Positions 1 through 17,120 of a DNA stretch of 64,000 bases are shown in pieces (within the stretch, counting starts at the first letter, position 1; each line of letters begins with the position of its first letter). This DNA is from the human T2T-CHM13v2.0 reference genome, Homo sapiens. The translations under genes were made by a program, and so were the position numbers. Under the pieces are notes generated by a model that searched no databases, was not told where the DNA came from, and saw only the letters and a program-made list of their open reading frames with translations. The DNA lies in assembly GCF_009914755.1 (NCBI RefSeq), contig NC_060940.1; one strand, given 5' to 3'.

Positions 1-1420
1 CCCTTGTTCACTTTCCCGTTGGTCCAGACTTAGTCACAGGCCATACCTCACCGCAGAGGTGGCTGGGAAATGAGTCTAACTGCAGCTCGGTATGTTTCAT
101 TACTAACAGGACGGTGCGGGGTGTTGGGGAATGGTGTTGGCAGGGTCAGTGGTCTTTCTCACAGGGTGCTGGGAAGGACTGCCAGGCCCTACCCTGCTGG
201 ACCCCAGAGAAAGGCCTGGCCATGGCAAGGGAACCCTCTGGCTGCACGGACCCCGGCCGCATGCCCAGCGTCACCCTGGGGAGTGCCACCCTCTATCCCC
301 TCCTGCCCTGACCTCATCTCCTTACTTTGCTCTGTCACTTTCTCTACTCCAGACACAATGGCCGCCATGATCAAGTACGTTCCTGCCTCTGAACCTTTGC
401 ATGTGCTGTTCCTCCTTCCCCAAAGTGTGTCCTCCAGAGGTCCCCACACCTCACTGCCCTCCCTCCTCCAGGAATTCTTGAATGTCATGGCTTAGTGAGG
501 CTTTCCAGGGTCACCCTCTGCAAAATTGCAACCTCTCCTTAGCAACCCCCACGTGTCCCTGCTTTCTTCCTCGTGGTTACTTGTCTCTTCTGTTCCTGGC
601 CGGACCACCCAGGGCCTGGAACCGTGTCTGGCACAGTGAAGACTCGGAGTGAACGAATGCAGAATATGTTTGGGAGCAACGCCAGCCGGCAGTTCCGGGA
701 ATGCTGCAGCCCAGTGGCCACAGCCTGGCACCCCAGCCACTTTCTGCAGCCTCACCCATGCCCAGTATCCTCTTCCCAATCTGGAGTCCTCTTGCCAGCT
801 AGTCCTGACACTCTCCCAGGGACCCTGGAGCTGGCTCATTCATTTTCCAAAGATCCCAGGGTCTCCAACACAAACACAGGTATCCAGCACGCAAGAGTGT
901 GTGTGAGGCTTCCTAGGCAGGTGGGTAGGAAGGCAGGGGCCATACACTACTTGTGAGCGAGACTGTGTCCATTCCCCTGTTCACTGTCTTGTCCCTGCTG
1001 CTGGCCACGGGGCTGGTGCACAGTGGCACTTGGCAAGATGAGGGAAGCGGGTGCCGCTCCAGGGAAGGGATGGGCACTCACATTCACAGCACACCTCATG
1101 CGCGTCGGGTCCTGAAGGGAGAAGGCTTTAGGACACACGCATAGGGCTGAACAATGATTCCCAAGGTCACTACGAAAAGGAGACGTTTCACTGCATAACA
1201 GAGGAGGTGTTGGCTGAGAAGACATCAAATGTGGATGTCAGGGTGAGGTGGTGACTGGGTCTGAGTGCGTGTTTCTCCCTCTGAATATTTGCTAATGCGC
1301 TTTGGATGCAGATTCTCCCTCCCAGAAGGGCAGACCAGCAGGGCCGGCCAAGGCAGGTGGAAAGCCCAAGCTCCTCACCCCTACCAGGGCCAGTAGCCTG
1401 TGCTGGTCTGGATGCCTCTG

Positions 1421-2047
1421 TGTGGCAGGCCAGGTCTCACTAACGCAGGCCTCCATAACAACGGTTTCAGCACTGACCAAGTGGTTCAGTGAAATATTAA
1501 AAGCCGAGAGAGCCAGTGCCCTTCTGCAAAGGCTGGAATGCCTGGGCCTTTCCTGGGCCTTGAAGCATGACAGGATCATGAAGGAATTCTTAATGGGACC
1601 CATTTAGATTCAAGCAAGTTTTACTGCGGGTCTGAAGAAGCTCCCCAGGCCTCCACAAACAAGGCTTCCTGGGGACTAAATGAACTACCCAAACCTCCAT
1701 GATCTAGCAGGAAAGATAAGGGTAATCACCCCAGCACCTGGACCCATTTAGATTAAGTAAACTTACTGAGGCTCCAGAGGAAGAGCTTCAGGACTCAGAT
1801 CTTAGTTATAATGAAAAGAAGTTCATCACTTATGTCTTTAGATGAATGCACATACACAAAGACATATAGCTTCGAAGGTATATAAGCTCTGGAAACTGTA
1901 ATTTTGAGTTGGTATGGCGATAATTTCCAGGCCTTCTCCCTGTGACCAGTGACAGAAATAAAAATTCCCTTCTCTTCCAGTTTATCTGCATCTCGTTATT
2001 GGGCCACGAGAAGTAATCAGCCCAACCCTTGCTTTGGTTTGGGAGCA
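1421..2047 (+). mobile_element. ERV1-class solo LTR (LTR15-like)
   Basis: TG...CA ends, TATATAA at 1879-1885, AATAAA at 1957-1962, flanks tctg/cctg; family name from recollection. Confidence 0.7.
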
Positions 2048-2239
2048 CCTGGAGCCTCTGTGGGACGTGAGCTCTTTATCCATGACGTGCAGGGTCATGC
2101 TAGTCAGGGTGGACCAGCTGCTGGAGCAGACAGCCCACAGTTTCAGGGACTTACAACAGGTGTCGTCTTGCTCAGGCCACCTACCAGTGCAGGGGATCAG
2201 CAGCGGGGCTGCTGCCTCCCTCCTGCAGCCCTCCTCCCT

Positions 2240-2462
2240 TAGGGCAGGCCCACAGATGTTTCTGTAAAGGACCAGAGAGTAAAGATTTTCAGCTTGCAGC
2301 GCAGGCTGCAAGACTCTAAGTTGTGACTGCTCAGCTCAGCCAATGGAGCGCAAACACAGCCAGAGACAATACCCAAATGAAGAGCCTGGCTGTGTTTCAA
2401 GAAAGATGTATTTATAAAAACAGGTTGCAGATGGGAGGTAGTTTGCTGACCTCTGCCTTAGG
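2240..2462. mobile_element. MER58A-like hAT DNA transposon
   Basis: tttctgtaaagg...ctgctcagctc...ggctgtgtt...gtagtttgctgacctctg pattern. Confidence 0.6.
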
Positions 2463-2734
2463 GCTTTGGAGCATTTGGGGGGATCTTCTACATTGAGCTA
2501 AGGGGTGTGGAGGGGAGGAAGAGGGCAGAGGGTCATGCAAGAGATGTTTGCGGCCAGACCTGGCAGTGCCCTGTGCCCTTTCCACACACCCCACTGACCA
2601 GAACCCCTACCTGCAGGGAGGCTGGAACCGTGGCCCAGTGGTTGGGACAGAGGAAGAAGAACCAGGTATTGGCAAACCCATTGCAGTCTCTGCCACCAGG
2701 AAGGGAAGAGAACAGCCTCACAGTGTATAGCAGT

Positions 2735-3098
2735 TGATACAGTTTGGCTGTGTCCCCACCCAATTCTCATCTTGAATTATAGCTCCCATAATTCCCATGG
2801 GTTGTGGGAGGCACCTGGTGGGAGATAACTGAATCATGGGGGCAGTTTCCCTCATACTGTTCTCATGGTAGTGAGTAAGTCTCATGAGATCTGATGGTTT
2901 TATAAGGGGTTTCCCCTTGCGCTTGGTTCTCATTCTCTCTCTTGCCTGCTGCCACGTAAGACGTGCCTTTTGCTTTCCGCCATGATAGTGAGGCCTCCCC
3001 AGCCACGTGAAACTGTGAGTCCATTAAGCCTCTTTTTCTTTATAAATTACCCAGTCTCGGGTATGTCTTTATTGGCAATGTGAAAACGGGCTAATACA
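2735..3098 (+). mobile_element. THE1B/C solo LTR (ERVL-MaLR)
   Basis: tgatacagtttggctgtgtcccc...ctaataca with a perfect 5-bp TSD GCAGT. Confidence 0.9.
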
Positions 3099-3329
3099 GC
3101 AGTGCAGTTTGATAACAAGAGGACAGGCCCTGGAACCAGCAAACATGGTTCGAAACCTGACTTTTCTCTTACTATCAGTGAAACATTTTGTGCCTCGATT
3201 TTCTCATTTGTAAAATGAGGGCCTCCCTTGAAGAGTTGCTTTGTGGATGAAATGAAATAACATGTGAAAGGTCTTGTGTTGGGGCTTTATGCATGGGAGA
3301 CTCTCAGAGATTGGTCATTTTTTAAAAAG

Positions 3330-4880
<1,551 letters not shown>

Positions 4881-5293
4881 TAGGCATGAGCCACCACGAC
4901 TGGCCAATCTTAACATCATTTTTGTAGCGAGAGACAGAACCCCAAAGAGCCTGCTGGGGAGTACAGGTGGATGAGGTGGGGGGTTCCGAAAGGGAGTAGG
5001 AAGTAGAGGTTAAGAGTGGGGAGTGTGGAGCCAGACAGGCTGGGTTTGAATCCTGAATCCATCACTGACAGCCAGGTGACCTTGGGATAGTTACCTAAAC
5101 TGCCTGTGTCTGTTTCTTCATCTGTAAAGTGGGGATAATAGTACCTTCCTCAGACGGGTGCTGGTAGGATTAAGTGATGCTTGTGAAGCCATGAGACAGG
5201 GCCCAACATGCCGCCAGCGCTCCACAGATTCTGTGATCATCACCCCGGGTTGCTGCCCTGCTCGTTTTCCTCTCTTTTGGGACAATGTCTTGA

Positions 5294-5764
<471 letters not shown>

Positions 5765-6359
5765 TAACCCACTGCAGAACCAATAAGGCCGAAATCACAT
5801 GCTTGGAATTCTTGGAAAGAGAGACTTTCTCTTCCCAGAAGTCTTTGTGGAGTGAGATTGTGAGACTTGGAGCTTGTGCAGTCATCTTGTGGCCATGAGG
5901 AGAAACTGGGGGTGAAGCTGACACACCCAGGGAGGCAGGGGAAAGATGCAAATCTAAGCTCGCTTGTTTGACATTGATGACATTGGCTGAACTCCTGGAT
6001 TAAACCACACCTGAACTCCCATGTGGATGTTCAGTTACAAGAGCCAATAATTCTTTTGTTGTTTGTTCATTTGTTTGTTTAATGAAGTCTGAATAGAGTT
6101 TCTTCAACTTGGAAACGAATCATTCCTAAGTGATATTTACAGGTGTATTTTAGAAAGAAAGTTCTTAGAGCTATTACCCTTGGACGTCGGAATGGGAGTC
6201 TTGTATGAGAGTGAAATTTACTTTTGTGCCACAAGCCCTTGGCATTTCTCCTGTGTATTCTGTCTCCCAGAGTCCCCACAGGAGCTTGAACTGTAGTTGC
6301 GCATGTGGTCTACAGGGTTGATCACACCCCTTGTGTCCTGACTGCCTTCCTCGCCCTGT

Positions 6360-6745
6360 TGACACAGTTTGGCTATGTTCCCACCCAAATCGTATCTTGA
6401 ATTATAGTCCCCATAATCCCTATGTGTTGTGGGAGGGACCTGGTGGGAGGTAATTGAATCATGGGGGTAGTTACCCTCATGCTATTCTCATGATAGTGAG
6501 TGAGTTCTCACCAGATCTGATGGTTTTATAAGAGGCTTTTCCCCCTGTTGCTTGGCACTTCTCCTTGCTGCCTCCATGTGAAGAACGATGTGTTTGCTTC
6601 CCCTTCTGCTATGATTGTAAGTTTCCTGAGGCTTCCCCAGCCATGCTGAACTGTGAGTCAATTAAACCTCTTTCCTTTATAAATTACCCAGTCTCAGGTA
6701 TGTCTTCATTAGCAGGTATGTCTCATGTGAGAACAGACTACTGCA
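6360..6745 (+). mobile_element. THE1D-like solo LTR nested in an older ERVL LTR (LTR16/33-like, to ~6850)
   Basis: THE1 body; flanks cctgt/cctgg; downstream cactcaaatccttg...gggtctgc...ggggaaccc. Confidence 0.8.
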
Positions 6746-6960
6746 CCTGGCTCAGTTCCCTCTCCCCTACTAGTGTTTCCCGGGATCATCTTCAGGTGAA
6801 ATGCCTGCACTCAAATCCTTGCCCCAGGGTCTGCCTCTTGGGGAACCCCAAGATCTGGGAGAACCAAGAAGCACCTCCTCAGGAGCCTGTGCGAATGTGG
6901 CAATCCTGTGCCCCCACAAATGATGACTCTGCCTAATCACTTGGCCTCCTTTCTTCCTAG

Positions 6961-7263
<303 letters not shown>

Positions 7264-7937
7264 TGAACCACTGTGCCTGGCTGCTTGTCTTGTTTATTGC
7301 CTTTTTTAAAATAAAAAAAATGATTTTTAAAAATAGAGATGAGTCTTGCTATGTTGCCCAGGTGGGTCTCCAACTCCTGGGCTAAAGTGATCCTCCTGCC
7401 TCGGCCTCCTAAAGTGCTTACAGGTATGAGTCACTGCATCCAGCCATTGCCTTCTTTATGTATTTGTGCCCTGCCTTCCTACCTCCCTTCCATCTGCCAC
7501 CCGAGGTCCACACAGGCATCTGTCTTGCTCACTATGGTCTCCAAAGTGTGAGAATATCTGGCGCATGGTGGGTACTTAAGAGATACTACCCCAGAAACCA
7601 ACCATTGCCCCACCAACCTTTTTTTTTTGTTTGAGACAAGGTCTCTTTCTGTCGTCCAGATTGGAGTGCAGTGGCATGATCACAGCTCACTACAGCTTCA
7701 AACTCCTGGGCTCAAGTGATCCTCCCACCTCAGTCTCTTGAGTAGCTAGGACTATGACAAGGAGGCCACAGGGCCTGCAGGTACAGCTGGGCACCACTAT
7801 GCCCAGCTAATTAGAAATAACTTTTTTTTTTTGTAGAGGGGGGTCTCGCTGTGTTGCCCAGGCTGGTCTCAAACTCCTGGGCCCAGGTGATCCTCCTGCC
7901 TTGGCCTCCTGAAGTGCTGGGATTATAGGGATTATAG

Positions 7938-8075
<138 letters not shown>

Positions 8076-10210
8076 TGAGTAGCTGGGACTACAGGCATGC
8101 ACCACTATGCTCAGTTAATTTTTTTTTGTATTTTTAGTAGAGACAGAGTTTTACCACGTTGGCCCGGATGGTCTTGATCTCCTTACCTCGTGATCCGCCC
8201 GCCTCGGCCTCCCAAAGTGCTGGGATTACAGGCGTGAGCCACTGTGCTCGGCCTATAGGCCCAACTTTTGACTCAAGTCTTGGTGGTGGGTTGAGGTGAG
8301 TGATACCTGGCCCCTGCCACCCCCTTTCTAGGAAGAATCTCTCACATCCTCAAGGTCAACCCCAGCAGGCCTCATGAGTGGCCCCACCTCAGTACACCAG
8401 AGATGCCACAGCATCACTTCTTAATATCGTTTAATGTTTCTCTGAGATTTGCAGGGAGGTGGGGGCCCTGAATGCTTAGTTAGGAAGGTGCAAGGTGAAG
8501 CTCTGAACTTCCCAAAGGGGATCTTATTTCAGGCTGGTCATTGGCCAAGTACAATGGAAGCCTTTGGAAGCGGCAAGATTGGCTAATTTTAGCTCAGGGC
8601 ACCTGAATTCATTCCAATTCACGTCACATGGACCCCAGTGTTCCCCTCGGCTTTGTTCCCCTTATGGCAAAGGTGAGTTACGAAAGTCGTGCAGCAGCTG
8701 AGTCACTGACTCCATGGCTCTCCACGTGTCATCTAGAAGTAGGCTGCCGTGGAGGCAGGGCTGTGCTCTGCTCAACTCAGCAAAGTCCGCCTCAGAACGG
8801 ACAGCTGTGGATGACAAGGAGGCCATAGGGCCCGTGGGGACAGCGGCTTCCCTTTGCTTTATTTTTAACCAACATTAGATTCCTGGAGGTACCCCTTGCT
8901 TAGACGTCAAGTACAGCCCTCAGCACTGGATAGAGGCTGGCGCTGGGCGGGGGTTGGGTGGCACAGAGCTGAGAACACCAGGCTAGGTGTTCAGAGACTG
9001 GGTTTTGAGTCTTGGCATGGCCACCCCTGGCAGTGTGGCTTGCCAAATTATGAGTCCTCCCTGGGCCTCCACACCCACACCTGTAAAACGGGCAGGATGG
9101 AGCCAGTGACCATTAAGGTCCTTTTAGCTCTAAGAATGTGTGAGGCAGGTCGTGCCTAAGCTGGCCAGGGTCCGGAGGGACAACGGAGGGTCCCCTCCTT
9201 GTCACAGCTGGAGAGAGATGATGTGTGCTCTGAGCCTTGGGGACTTGTTCATCTGCAAGGGGGACATGCTGTCATGCTGTCCTCCTCAGAGATGGTCTGG
9301 ATGGCTGGCACATACCTGGCCTGCTGTCACATTCTATCTGCCTGCTGGAGTGGGGGCAGGCACATTAATTTCATTTTTTATTTGAATGTCGTTAGGCCAG
9401 GCTGGCACTCCCCCAGTCCCCCTTTCCTCCCCTCTCTCAATCTCCACTACCCCGCGAGCATGTCCTGGGGTCACTTCCCCAATACTCCTGGGCTCACCTC
9501 CTAAATAAACGACTCGTAGGACATGGCACTCCCAGACACAATGCCCTGAGAGGGACACAGCCTCACTTATGTAATGTCCTGGCCAGGAATGCATGGCCTC
9601 AAAGCACCAGGAGACAGCGGACAAACCCAAAATGAGCGTCCTTGTGTGCATGATATATTTGACTCATAATTTCAATGCCATCTAAGTCAAAAGCTGGGGA
9701 AATGGTCCAGATTACAGGAGACTACAGAGATAGGATCCGTACATATATCTGGTGTATCCCATCCTAGGCTGGACCCTGTACTGGAGGAAAAAATGCTACA
9801 AAGGATATTGTTAGGTCAGCCGACAAAATTGGAACTGACAGTAGATTAGATTAAAGTAGTGCATGGAAGTTAATTGTGCTGAAGCTGAGAACTGAACTGT
9901 GGTTCTGTAAGAATCTCCTTCTTCTAAGTATCTATACACCGATGTGTTTAGGGTCTCCTTGGGCTTTCCATCCTAAAATGAGGCAACTGGTTTACTTTAG
10001 AGCTTCCTACCCTTTTGCAGGGGCAGGGAGAGGAGTCAAGGATTCCTTTGAGAAGCTGATGAAATTGTTGGACACTTAACACTTCAAAGTGCACCTAAGC
10101 CCCAGAGGCTCATAGACCTCTGGAACCTCATGGAAACTCCCAGCTAAGCCTCCTTGGGCTGAGAGTCTTCTGCTAAGCCTTCTGGTCACCACATTCTAAA
10201 GTGACATCTA

Positions 10211-10933
<723 letters not shown>

Positions 10934-11732
10934 GATGGAGCAAAGAAGAAAGCAGATGGACAAAATGCAAAAGCAAGCAAACAAAAAAAAGTGGTGTTGA
11001 GGTGTTTTATGCGCTATTTTTGTTCTTGCAACTTTTTTGTGGGTTTGACATATTATCCAAGTAAAATGTTAAAAAATCAATTGCTTGGTGACTAGTAATC
11101 TTTCATTAGGTGATCCCCAGGATTAGCATGTCACTGTGAGGAAGAGCAGGCAGGGAGTTTAATATGCTGCTGGGGAAAGGCAGGCCACTGAGTGTGTGTA
11201 GCCAGCTAGCCAGGTGCTTCCAGAATGAGGCCTCATGGTGGGTGAGGTGCCCTGATGTGGTGGGCGGGAAGTGGAAAGAGATCTCAGTGAACTTACATTC
11301 AAACTTGGACTACTTGCCAATTTTTGCCAAGGGAGCAATTTTGTGGATAGTCAAGGGACAGAGTCTGTTTTTCTTTCTCACCTCTCTCCGTGTTCTTGTC
11401 TGCCCCTCTCCGTAGTATCAACTGTGGCAATGAGCCCTACTTCCCAGAGTCATAGATTGTCCAAACTGGGAAGGGCTTTAATCCTCTCATCTAAACTTTC
11501 CCTGGGATAAATGAGAAAATGAAAGTCTGGTAAAACTGATTTGTGTAACTTTTGTGTAACACAAAGTACGTGGGACACCCGAAGACATCTGCTCAGGACA
11601 GCGTGGCAAAGTGTTGTTACCATCTCATCTTCAATCTTTTCTTTGAGGACTTGGACGCTGTTTTACATGAGCCTAAGAGCAGCAGCATGACAGAGTGTTC
11701 TGCTGGAAATTGAGATACTTGGATCTAACTAG

Positions 11733-12097
<365 letters not shown>

Positions 12098-12766
12098 TCA
12101 TCTCTCCATTTTAAAATGAGGGAGTTGATTTACTTAAGAATTTGTTGTCCTTCTGGAGGGGTCATTGATTCCCTTGAGAATCCGATGGAATCACTGGACA
12201 CTTTGCACTGTGACATGCACGTCATCTACAGAGGTGCACAGGTCCCTCGTGGAAACTCCCTGCTCGGATTGACTGTCTTCCAATGAGACTTCCAGTTACC
12301 ATATTCTAAAGTCCTAAAACCATCGAAACAGAGTCAACGGGTCCCCAGTACAGTCTTGCATACCTTTCATGCTATTGAAGAATTAACTCACCCTTCTCCG
12401 TCTCACTTCTTGGGCTCAACTCTGTCTGGCTAGGACACGCTGAGTCAAAGTTTCCCAGTTACCTCTGGCAACCACGTCGACAATACAACACGAAAATGGC
12501 TCGCCGTAAAGGGCCGTTTTCTCTTTGCCTTCAGCTGGAAGATGTCCACCTTTGGCTATAGTCATGCCCACTGGCCTCAGAGAAAACAAGAGCTTCTGGG
12601 TAGCATAAGGGACCTTTCAGCCAACAGGGGTGAAGAAACTGCCTGGTAACTTGCTTGTCACTTCCACCCCATTCAATCAGCACGAAGGAAAGGCAGTTCG
12701 GCAACGCTAGACTAAAACAATTTAGACCCGTCTCCTGGGACATTACCAGGGAGAAAAAATAGAGCG

Positions 12767-12772
12767 TTTAAT
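12767..12772 (-). terminator. Candidate distal KCNG4 poly(A) signal ATTAAA (3'UTR about 3.5 kb)
   Basis: tttaat on + strand; the first AATAAA/ATTAAA I found on the minus strand after the stop (manual scan), in unique AT-rich sequence. Confidence 0.5.
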
Positions 12773-13521
12773 TAAGCCCCACATGCGAGCAATCAATTCC
12801 AATTTTCCATGTCTAATTTAGCAGAGAATCTCAACTGGGTGAACATTAAGACACTATAGAATCTCATAATGGTGGTGGTGCTTCACCTAATTTTGATTTT
12901 AAATGTTTCTTTTAGTGCTGGCACACTTTGGTGAAGAGGTCTGGTAGGTGAAGCAGAGGAGAAGGGATATGCCTGGGTAGAAGCCAGTTACAGGGATGGG
13001 CAGAGCTGTCATTAAGAAGTTTTCACCAGGCATGCGCACAAAATATGTCTTCGATGAGAAGGCAGGGCAGATGTGGGGGCTGATGTGGGTCCCAGACCTT
13101 CCAGTGGCTGTTTAGGCTTTGTCTCTGGTTCCAGAATGAGCTTACCACTCAGTTCAAAGGGCTGGGCTGGACACTGACGGGAAGGAGAGGAGACTGGGGA
13201 TTTGCACATTCTTTTCAGTGTCATTAATTGCAAATGTTTTGCCCCAGGAGGCAGAGCTCTGCCTGCTTTGCTGCTGGTCTTCTTCATCCGCAGGACAGTC
13301 CCTGAGCTTGCTTTGTGGAACCCAGGTCAGAAAACCACAGATCTAGTCCAACACCTGCCTGCAGCTAACTGAGGGGGAAGGGGCCTGCCCGAGGTCACAC
13401 AGGGAGTGAAGACACTGGGTTTCAGCCAGCGCCCAAGCCAGTCAGTCCCCAGAAAGAGAGTAAGTGGGAGACTTTGTCCTTTTACTATTTTGCCTAAGAG
13501 TAGTTATTAAAATGTTAGTCA

Positions 13522-14241
<720 letters not shown>

Positions 14242-16290
14242 TTATGGGAATCTGCCTGTCACTTTGTGGAATGGAGTGGCCATCCAGGCTGGGGATTTTA
14301 TAGGGTGAAGGGGCTTTCCTTGTGTCATGGCCACTGAACCACTATGTCACCTGGTGACATGTCAGCTTGGGAAAGATTGGGGTCTAAAAGAATGGGGACA
14401 TGTGCCTGTATAGTTGGGGGGACACCTGGAGGACTCCAAGGAAAGGCAGGCTCGCCAGGAGGCCAAGGCTCCCTGGACGCTAGGTGCTGGTGCAGGGTGC
14501 TTCCTGGGCCAGAGCCCTCTGCCACGCTGCTGTCTGGCATTGCCATCAGTGGAGGACTATGCCTGGCACACAGCGGGAAATCGCAAAAAACTAGCAGAAT
14601 GAATGAACAGCAAGGAACTTGTTACCAGTGGTAAAATGCTGACCACTCTCATACGTACACGATATCAGATTGGCAGGGCCGAAACCACTTCACTGTCACC
14701 TGTTTTGATCTTGTGCACTTTCTTCAAGAGTCCTAGAGCCAACAGCAAACTCCTGTGTGGGCCATGCCACTCTGGGGAAGTGCCATCAGGATGTCTCCAA
14801 GGTGTGTCCTGCTGGGAGAAGCCAGGATTTGACAGAATCTTGCAGGATTAAACCCGTGAAGGAGGGAGGGCTGTCTTGCCTGAATGGCTCAATGGCTCCT
14901 CATCCCAAACTGGGCTTCTCATGCCCAATCCAGCCTCATCATCTCCCTAACCCACAGCCTGTGCACATCACTCTGCCCTCCATAAAGCATTCAAGGCCCA
15001 CGCCTTCTCAACCCAACCCAGCTGTTCAGCTTCATCTCCTAAAATACACCTCTACTCTCCAGCCCTGCCCATGTCTCTGTGAGGCCTTTGGGAGCCCACT
15101 GCTTGGAAGTCATTGCTCCTTCCTGCCTGCTCTCAGAATATGCTGGTTTATCTCCAGTGACTCAGACCTCCATCTGCCTCCTCCCCTGGATGCAAAGGAC
15201 AGACTCTGTTCACAGATGAATGCAGAAATGAATACATTGAAATGTGAGCTAAGAATGTCTATCCTCCAGCATGGAGATAACTAGTCTGGGAAGCCAGCAA
15301 GGGACAGCACCTATAATTCCCCTTGTTTCTGTGCCAAAGCTACATTGAGTCCATGGGGGCTCAGCTGTGGATGAAAAGCTAAGGCCCCTGCAGCGTGGGA
15401 GCAACCAGCAGCAGGAACGATCCTCTCAAGGGACAACATGGACCCTGAAAGAGTTTGTCTCTGTCAAGGCTAAGGACTGGATAACTGGAGAACACCACAC
15501 CAAGAGTCCAGGCGGCCAGGGAGGGCCTGGCTGTGCTGGAAAGTGGAGTTTCTGCCCAGGTCCCAGGTCCCAGGTCCCAGGTCGCAGATCCCAGGCATGC
15601 CTGGGGATGCCTGCTCCTTCTTGAGCTCCAGGTAAAGGATGGCAGGCTTGGGGGCATCAGCCTCAACATGAGATTTACTGCAAAAAGGCTGATTCTGCCT
15701 TCTTAGCTACAAGTGTTCAGAGCTGGCGGGAGGTAGCAGCATTAGGGAAATATCACTGGTGGTGGTGAGCAGAAGGAGAACATATTGATCCCTCTGGAAC
15801 CCGTGGAAAGGTTGGGTGGGGAGATCTGATTAGAGGGGTTTGCAGTGACTGGACCTTTGATTTCCAGTGGTGGCATGGCCCAGGAAGGAGGGTCTTAGGG
15901 AAATCATGAAATTACATAGACTCAGTATGCAAATACCAATGGTTACCAGTTCTATGGGCATCCAGAACCCAGCCTGGGATGTTAAAGCCTCTGCTGGGAA
16001 GGAAAAGAGAATGAAAGGAGACTGAGCTACTCCAGCAAGATTGGACATGCTCAGTAGATGGGCAGAGAGAGGAAAAGGCAAGCAGGCTGGACACAGTCAG
16101 CCTGGGACATCGGGGCCCCGAGGGACAAGGATCACAGACACACAGCCTCTGTGGCCTTATGCCCCTCCAGCTTTGAAAGTCTTCCCTGGGCTCTAGAAAC
16201 ACCACCAGGTGGTCTATGCGGGGTACCCTTGAGTGTGTTTCAGGCAGGGTGATGGGTTGAGGTTACCATGTAGTCACGGGGGGTGCTGAG

Positions 16291-17094
16291 TTACATGTGC
16301 ATGATAGGCAAGGCTGGGCCCTCCAGGATTAGGTCATTGACATCGTTCATGAGCTCATGTTCACTGGCCACATGGGGGTCCAGGAGTTCACATTCACTGG
16401 CTGGACCGGTGTTTTGGAGGTGGCGGAGGCGGGCCTGAAGCTGCTCCTGCTCCTTCTTGAGCTCCAGGTAGGAGTGGGAGAAGGTGTGGAAGATAGACGT
16501 GGCCGGGAAGGCCATGATGAGGATCCCGCTCAGGATGCTGCTGAGGGCCACCATCTGGCCTGGCACACTGCGGGGCACCATGTCCCCGTAGCCCACCGTT
16601 GTCATGGAGATGATGGCCCACCAATAGGAGGCGGGGATGCTGGTGAACTCCAGCACCCGCCCGGACTCCTTCTCGGCCACGTAGACCAAAGGGGAGAAGA
16701 GGGTGATGGCCACGGCCAGGAAGAGAAGGAGCAGGCCGAACTCACGTGTGCAACGGCGCACGGTGAGCCCCAGCGTCTGCAGCCCCAGCGAGTGGCGAGC
16801 CAGGCGCATCACGTAGAGGATGCGCAGCGCTCGCAGCACACGCAGGACCAGCCCCACCTTCTCCAGGTAGGAGCTCCTGCTCGGCCTCTCGCCGTCCTCC
16901 GGGGGCTCCTCAGACACCGCCAGCGACACGTAGTATGGGGAGATGGCCAGGATGTCGATGATGTTCAGGGGCCCCTGGAAGAACTGACACTTGTCTTGGG
17001 CCTGGACAAACCGCAGGCAGAACTCCAGGGAGAACCAGGCCACGCAGATGGTCTCCACGATGAAAATATAGTAGCACTTCCGAGAGCATTCGCC
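16291..17094 (-). CDS. KCNG4: KCNG4 coding exon 3, codons 253-519: S2-S6, pore, C-terminus
   Basis: Acceptor ctcttctccccgcag|GGC at 17095/17094; S4 LRVLRALRILYVMRLARH; filter TTVGYGD; S6 AFPAT in place of PxP, typical of silent KvS subunits; TAA at 16293-16291. 252+267 = 519 aa. Confidence 0.97.
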   Translation of the reverse strand, partial: GECSRKCYYIFIVETICVAWFSLEFCLRFVQAQDKCQFFQGPLNIIDILAISPYYVSLAVSEEPPEDGERPSRSSYLEKVGLVLRVLRALRILYVMRLARHSLGLQTLGLTVRRCTREFGLLLLFLAVAITLFSPLVYVAEKESGRVLEFTSIPASYWWAIISMTTVGYGDMVPRSVPGQMVALSSILSGILIMAFPATSIFHTFSHSYLELKKEQEQLQARLRHLQNTGPASECELLDPHVASEHELMNDVNDLILEGPALPIMHM

Positions 17095-17120
17095 CTGCGG
17101 GGAGAAGAGGCAACAACGCG
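16420..17120. other. Intragenic CpG-rich segment (exon 3)
   Basis: Visibly high GC and CpG density relative to the flanks. Confidence 0.6.

Noticed and set aside
2993-3006. PRDM9 hotspot motif in THE1
   Set aside because: Reads CCTCCCCAGCCAC, the non-hot form; the motif CCNCCNTNNCCNC needs T at position 7. The copy at ~59268-59285 also has C there.
9598-9622. REST/RE1-like site (also right half-sites at ~15302 and ~34590)
   Set aside because: Wrong spacing or no left half-site.
12501-12531. Short hairpin gaaaatggct...ggccgttttc beyond the putative poly(A) site
   Set aside because: Only about 10 bp with G-T pairs; expected by chance.
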